From contig CAYQAW010000007.1 in the NCBI GenBank assembly GCA_964415615.1, forward strand, positions 1-59,103: a stretch of 59,103 bases of DNA. Reading direction: 5' to 3'. The translations under genes were made by a program, and so were the position numbers. This document shows positions 57,401 to 59,103 of the stretch, piece after piece. The notes below the pieces were generated by a model. It worked only from the letters and a program-made list of their open reading frames with translations, made no database searches and was not told the origin of the DNA. Each line of letters begins with the position of its first letter. Within the stretch, counting starts at the first letter, position 1. This DNA is from an uncultured Gammaproteobacteria bacterium (GTDB lineage: Bacteria; Patescibacteriota; Microgenomatia; Daviesbacterales; UBA10151).

Positions 57401-59103
57401 TTCAGAACTGTTGCGCCAGGCGTTTACAAGGGTTCGCAGTCCACATGGTCTCTTAAACATTTCCAAGTATACCACTAAATGGGAAAAAATCAAGTATCTA
57501 AAACCTGGAATGATTATAGCTACAGCTGATGGATGGGAGAAAATACAAACTAAATACTCTACTGGTAAAAAACAAACCTTTGATATAGAAGTTAGTGAAA
57601 CTCATAACTTTGTAGGGAATAATATAGTTGCCCATAATACTTTTATCACTGGTAATGTTGGGATAGCTAACTCTGCTCCATCTTTTACTCTGGATGTAGT
57701 AGGTACTGGTAGATTTTCTTCTGCTTTAACGGCCTCAAATAGTTTAACTCTATCAACTGGAGCTCTAAATTTAACTTCTACCTCAGGCCAAGCTAACTTA
57801 GCTTTAAGCAGTAACACCAATGCCTTTACCGTTAATGGATTGTTTGGGATTGATACACAAAATAATAGAGTCGGCATTGGGACAACTGCTCCAGTTCAAA
57901 CTTTCCAGGTAAATTCAGGCACTTCTTCTATGGTGGTTACTTCAGGAGGAAATGTTGGAATAGGATTTACTTCTCCAACAGCTAACTTACATGTTGTTGG
58001 AACCACCAGATTTGATGGCACCACCACCTCTTATGGCAATATCCTGCCTGGCAATGATGTTACTTATGATCTTGGCTCTTCTGCTGTCAGATGGAATAAT
58101 TTATATGCCTACAACATCACTGCCACCAATATAGCAGGTGTGATTACTGGAGGTTCTACTTCTTCTTCTGATTGGTTAATCAACTCCACCAATACCTCAG
58201 ACAGCGCTAATTCATCTTTAAGCTTTAAAAGAGGCTCTGCTACTAATGCTGTACTGCAGTGGTATGGAGACAATAATACTTTTGATTTTAACTCAGGTAT
58301 AAGAATTGGGGTAAACGGTGGTGCTGCTTCTACCATTGAAAATACTACTGGCTTAGTATTATCTGGTTTTGGAAATGATATCACCACAGGCACTAATGAA
58401 AACTTATCCTTAATTCCCAATGGTACAGGCAATGTTGGAATTGGAACATCCAATCCAACCCAATTCTTCCAAATTAACTCCAATGGTTCCTCAGCTTTTG
58501 TTGTAACCTCCTCTGGAAATGTTGGAATAGGAACAACCACTGCTGATTACAACTTATCTGTTGTTGGTACAGCTAACTTTACAGGCAATGTAGGAATTGG
58601 AGGCACAGCTACTATCAGTTCCCTACTACAGGCAAATGGTGGTTTAACTGTGACTGGATCTTCCATACTTCAAGCTCTGTCTGCTACAGATATATCCTCA
58701 TCTACATTAACCACTACTGGAAATGTGGGAGTAGGAGGATCTTTAACTGTTACAGGTACTTCTACCTTCACAGGACTTTCTACTTTCAATGGTGGAGCTA
58801 CTATTGCCTCAGGACAAAACCTAACATTATCTGGATTTACTTCTGGAGCAGGACTGTTTGCTGGAACATCAGGAGTAGTATCTCAAAACCCATCAAACTA
58901 TTACTGGGATAATACTAACAACAGATTAGGAATAGGTACTTCTGCCCCATCTGCTGCTTTCCAGGTTAATACTAATACCTCAAACCCAGTAGTAATTACC
59001 TCTACTGGTAATGTTGGTATTGGAACCACCTCCCCAGCCATGCTTTTGCAAGTCATGGGTAATGCTGGTTTTGGAGATTCAGTTACAGCTGCCAGGGCTA
59101 GCA
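54483..59103 (+). CDS. Giant surface/fibre-like protein (3'-truncated by the window edge): 2x MerR-type HTH, TM, Thr/Ser/Gly-rich 'GNVGIGT..P' repeats, internal intein
   Basis: Most of the frame hand-translated from ATG 54483 without meeting a stop; its absence from the stop-delimited ORF track fits an ORF running off the window; >1540 codons. Confidence 0.9.
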   Translation, partial: MEKPSAKKVNSSELIVNSEKTTNYKLQTNNFVKIGQASEILGVSIDTLRRWERLGKITVQRTPGGTRLYPLSVKIGDASKILGVSIDTLRRWEAAGKIATIRTSGGTRLYSLVSLSRKNKAEPKNTNSTEELLKKTNSDSKNISPSSYIIPTSTPITLEKTKDINKFLIGAGFTLVVILIISGFMVASFQKKNGLSTNYQPRFNRGQLPTTNSNVLAVTTVSKYLEINSDTQINGSLSVRDGINGLTLEATPSTNSIALTSGDTTLTVTKTAKLDQDVSTTSTPTFASLNLSSTKNQLVFQSGGPTGTLTWTPTGARIVTLPDATTTLVGKDTTDTLTNKSISGSTNTLTNIPNSALTNPSVTVTAGTNLTGGGTVALGGSVTLALKDSPAFTGQVLLTDGTAAAPALAFSSDIDSGLYLIGTNKIALITGGTATSGITIDASGNLGVANNAPAYKLDVTGTANITSNTTIGGTLGVTGASTLSSTLGVSSGLSVGSAYYSLSPPPNGAIIEGNVGIGTSAPGSFALNVNGDANITGSLITSQSLTFSSLSQGSVVFAGSSGTLSQNNPNFYWDDTNTRLGIGTSAPSDTLTVSGTSSFASTLTASNGLTLTTGALNLTSTSGAVNLGLTSSTQAFRLGAGFNFDSTNSRVGIGSTAAPTSALTVIGNIGIGTSAAGAALQVNGGGLFGWGTASSSLSSGAILGVNGNVGVGTTTPLANLHVVGQCVTGDTRLRRRKKKKNGEWSDEYEDIEIKDIQTGDQILSLNESTGEFEPHTVKALKNMGKQGVFMLVTQSGKRIETTNEHPYLTITHLEGVKAHLPGANQQKSSVFEVDQSPKVEILTQKSVVAIAQKNQAFTLTISKELKRKLFDNYYQDRPKLFGPEIFAFSIIDLLQKSNTSITRLEIDTDYTGYGIKITALIKRFYPEIDVRFKEVGKHSPAHLAAYLTQTGRKVQKTNKKETLANLKLKGFLASELLRQAFTRVRSPHGLLNISKYTTKWEKIKYLKPGMIIATADGWEKIQTKYSTGKKQTFDIEVSETHNFVGNNIVAHNTFITGNVGIANSAPSFTLDVVGTGRFSSALTASNSLTLSTGALNLTSTSGQANLALSSNTNAFTVNGLFGIDTQNNRVGIGTTAPVQTFQVNSGTSSMVVTSGGNVGIGFTSPTANLHVVGTTRFDGTTTSYGNILPGNDVTYDLGSSAVRWNNLYAYNITATNIAGVITGGSTSSSDWLINSTNTSDSANSSLSFKRGSATNAVLQWYGDNNTFDFNSGIRIGVNGGAASTIENTTGLVLSGFGNDITTGTNENLSLIPNGTGNVGIGTSNPTQFFQINSNGSSAFVVTSSGNVGIGTTTADYNLSVVGTANFTGNVGIGGTATISSLLQANGGLTVTGSSILQALSATDISSSTLTTTGNVGVGGSLTVTGTSTFTGLSTFNGGATIASGQNLTLSGFTSGAGLFAGTSGVVSQNPSNYYWDNTNNRLGIGTSAPSAAFQVNTNTSNPVVITSTGNVGIGTTSPAMLLQVMGNAGFGDSVTAARAS
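56658..57638 (+). mobile_element. Intein (Hint), 327 aa, with a non-LAGLIDADG insert
   Basis: Block A 'CVTGDT', block B 'TTNEHPY', blocks F/G 'TFDIEVSETHNFVGNNIVAHN', +1 residue Thr. Confidence 0.92.

Noticed and set aside
54483-59103. Prophage tail-fibre gene
   Set aside because: It has an N-terminal HTH pair and TM anchor, its own promoter and no neighbouring phage structural genes.

Overview
An AT-rich bacterial chromosomal segment. Gene content (DUF5659, DUF5674, PEGA, sortase, dockerin, a giant fibre-like protein, divergent F1 genes, many starts without an obvious Shine-Dalgarno) suggests a Patescibacteria/CPR, Microgenomates-like organism; this is an inference. Layout: (i) 0.1-1.0 kb, two tRNA-Thr genes, one with a swapped T-loop pair and one with a duplicated 5' end around a 108-nt structured insert; (ii) about 1.0-12.9 kb, an integrated element at tRNA-Thr(GGU) with a large serine recombinase, a P-loop ATPase, DUF5659, a 999-aa GHKL-ATPase/HEXXH-peptidase fusion and DUF3800; (iii) core genes (rpmG, tRNA-Trp, secE-nusG-rplK-rplA, rplJ-rplL, mreB, ndk, argS, comEC/comEA, leuS, tRNA-Arg, tRNA-Pro) interleaved with envelope genes and a type II TA pair; (iv) 47.5-54.1 kb, a divergent F1-like ATPase operon with no canonical a or c subunit in the window, led by a protein fusing a fibre-type extracellular domain to a carboxylate-less c-like hairpin; (v) from 54483, a >1540-aa MerR-HTH/TM/fibre-repeat ORF, missing from the ORF track because it has no stop in the window, holding a 327-aa intein whose insert looks RNase-H/DUF3800-like rather than LAGLIDADG. 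Throughout the window runs a family of 7-nt-periodic inverted-repeat hairpins. One copy encloses a four-helix-bundle gene, several empty copies sit exactly between a stop and the next start codon, and two near-identical copies are inserted in frame in leuS and a PEGA gene. All protein calls come from motif recognition by eye, not database searches.
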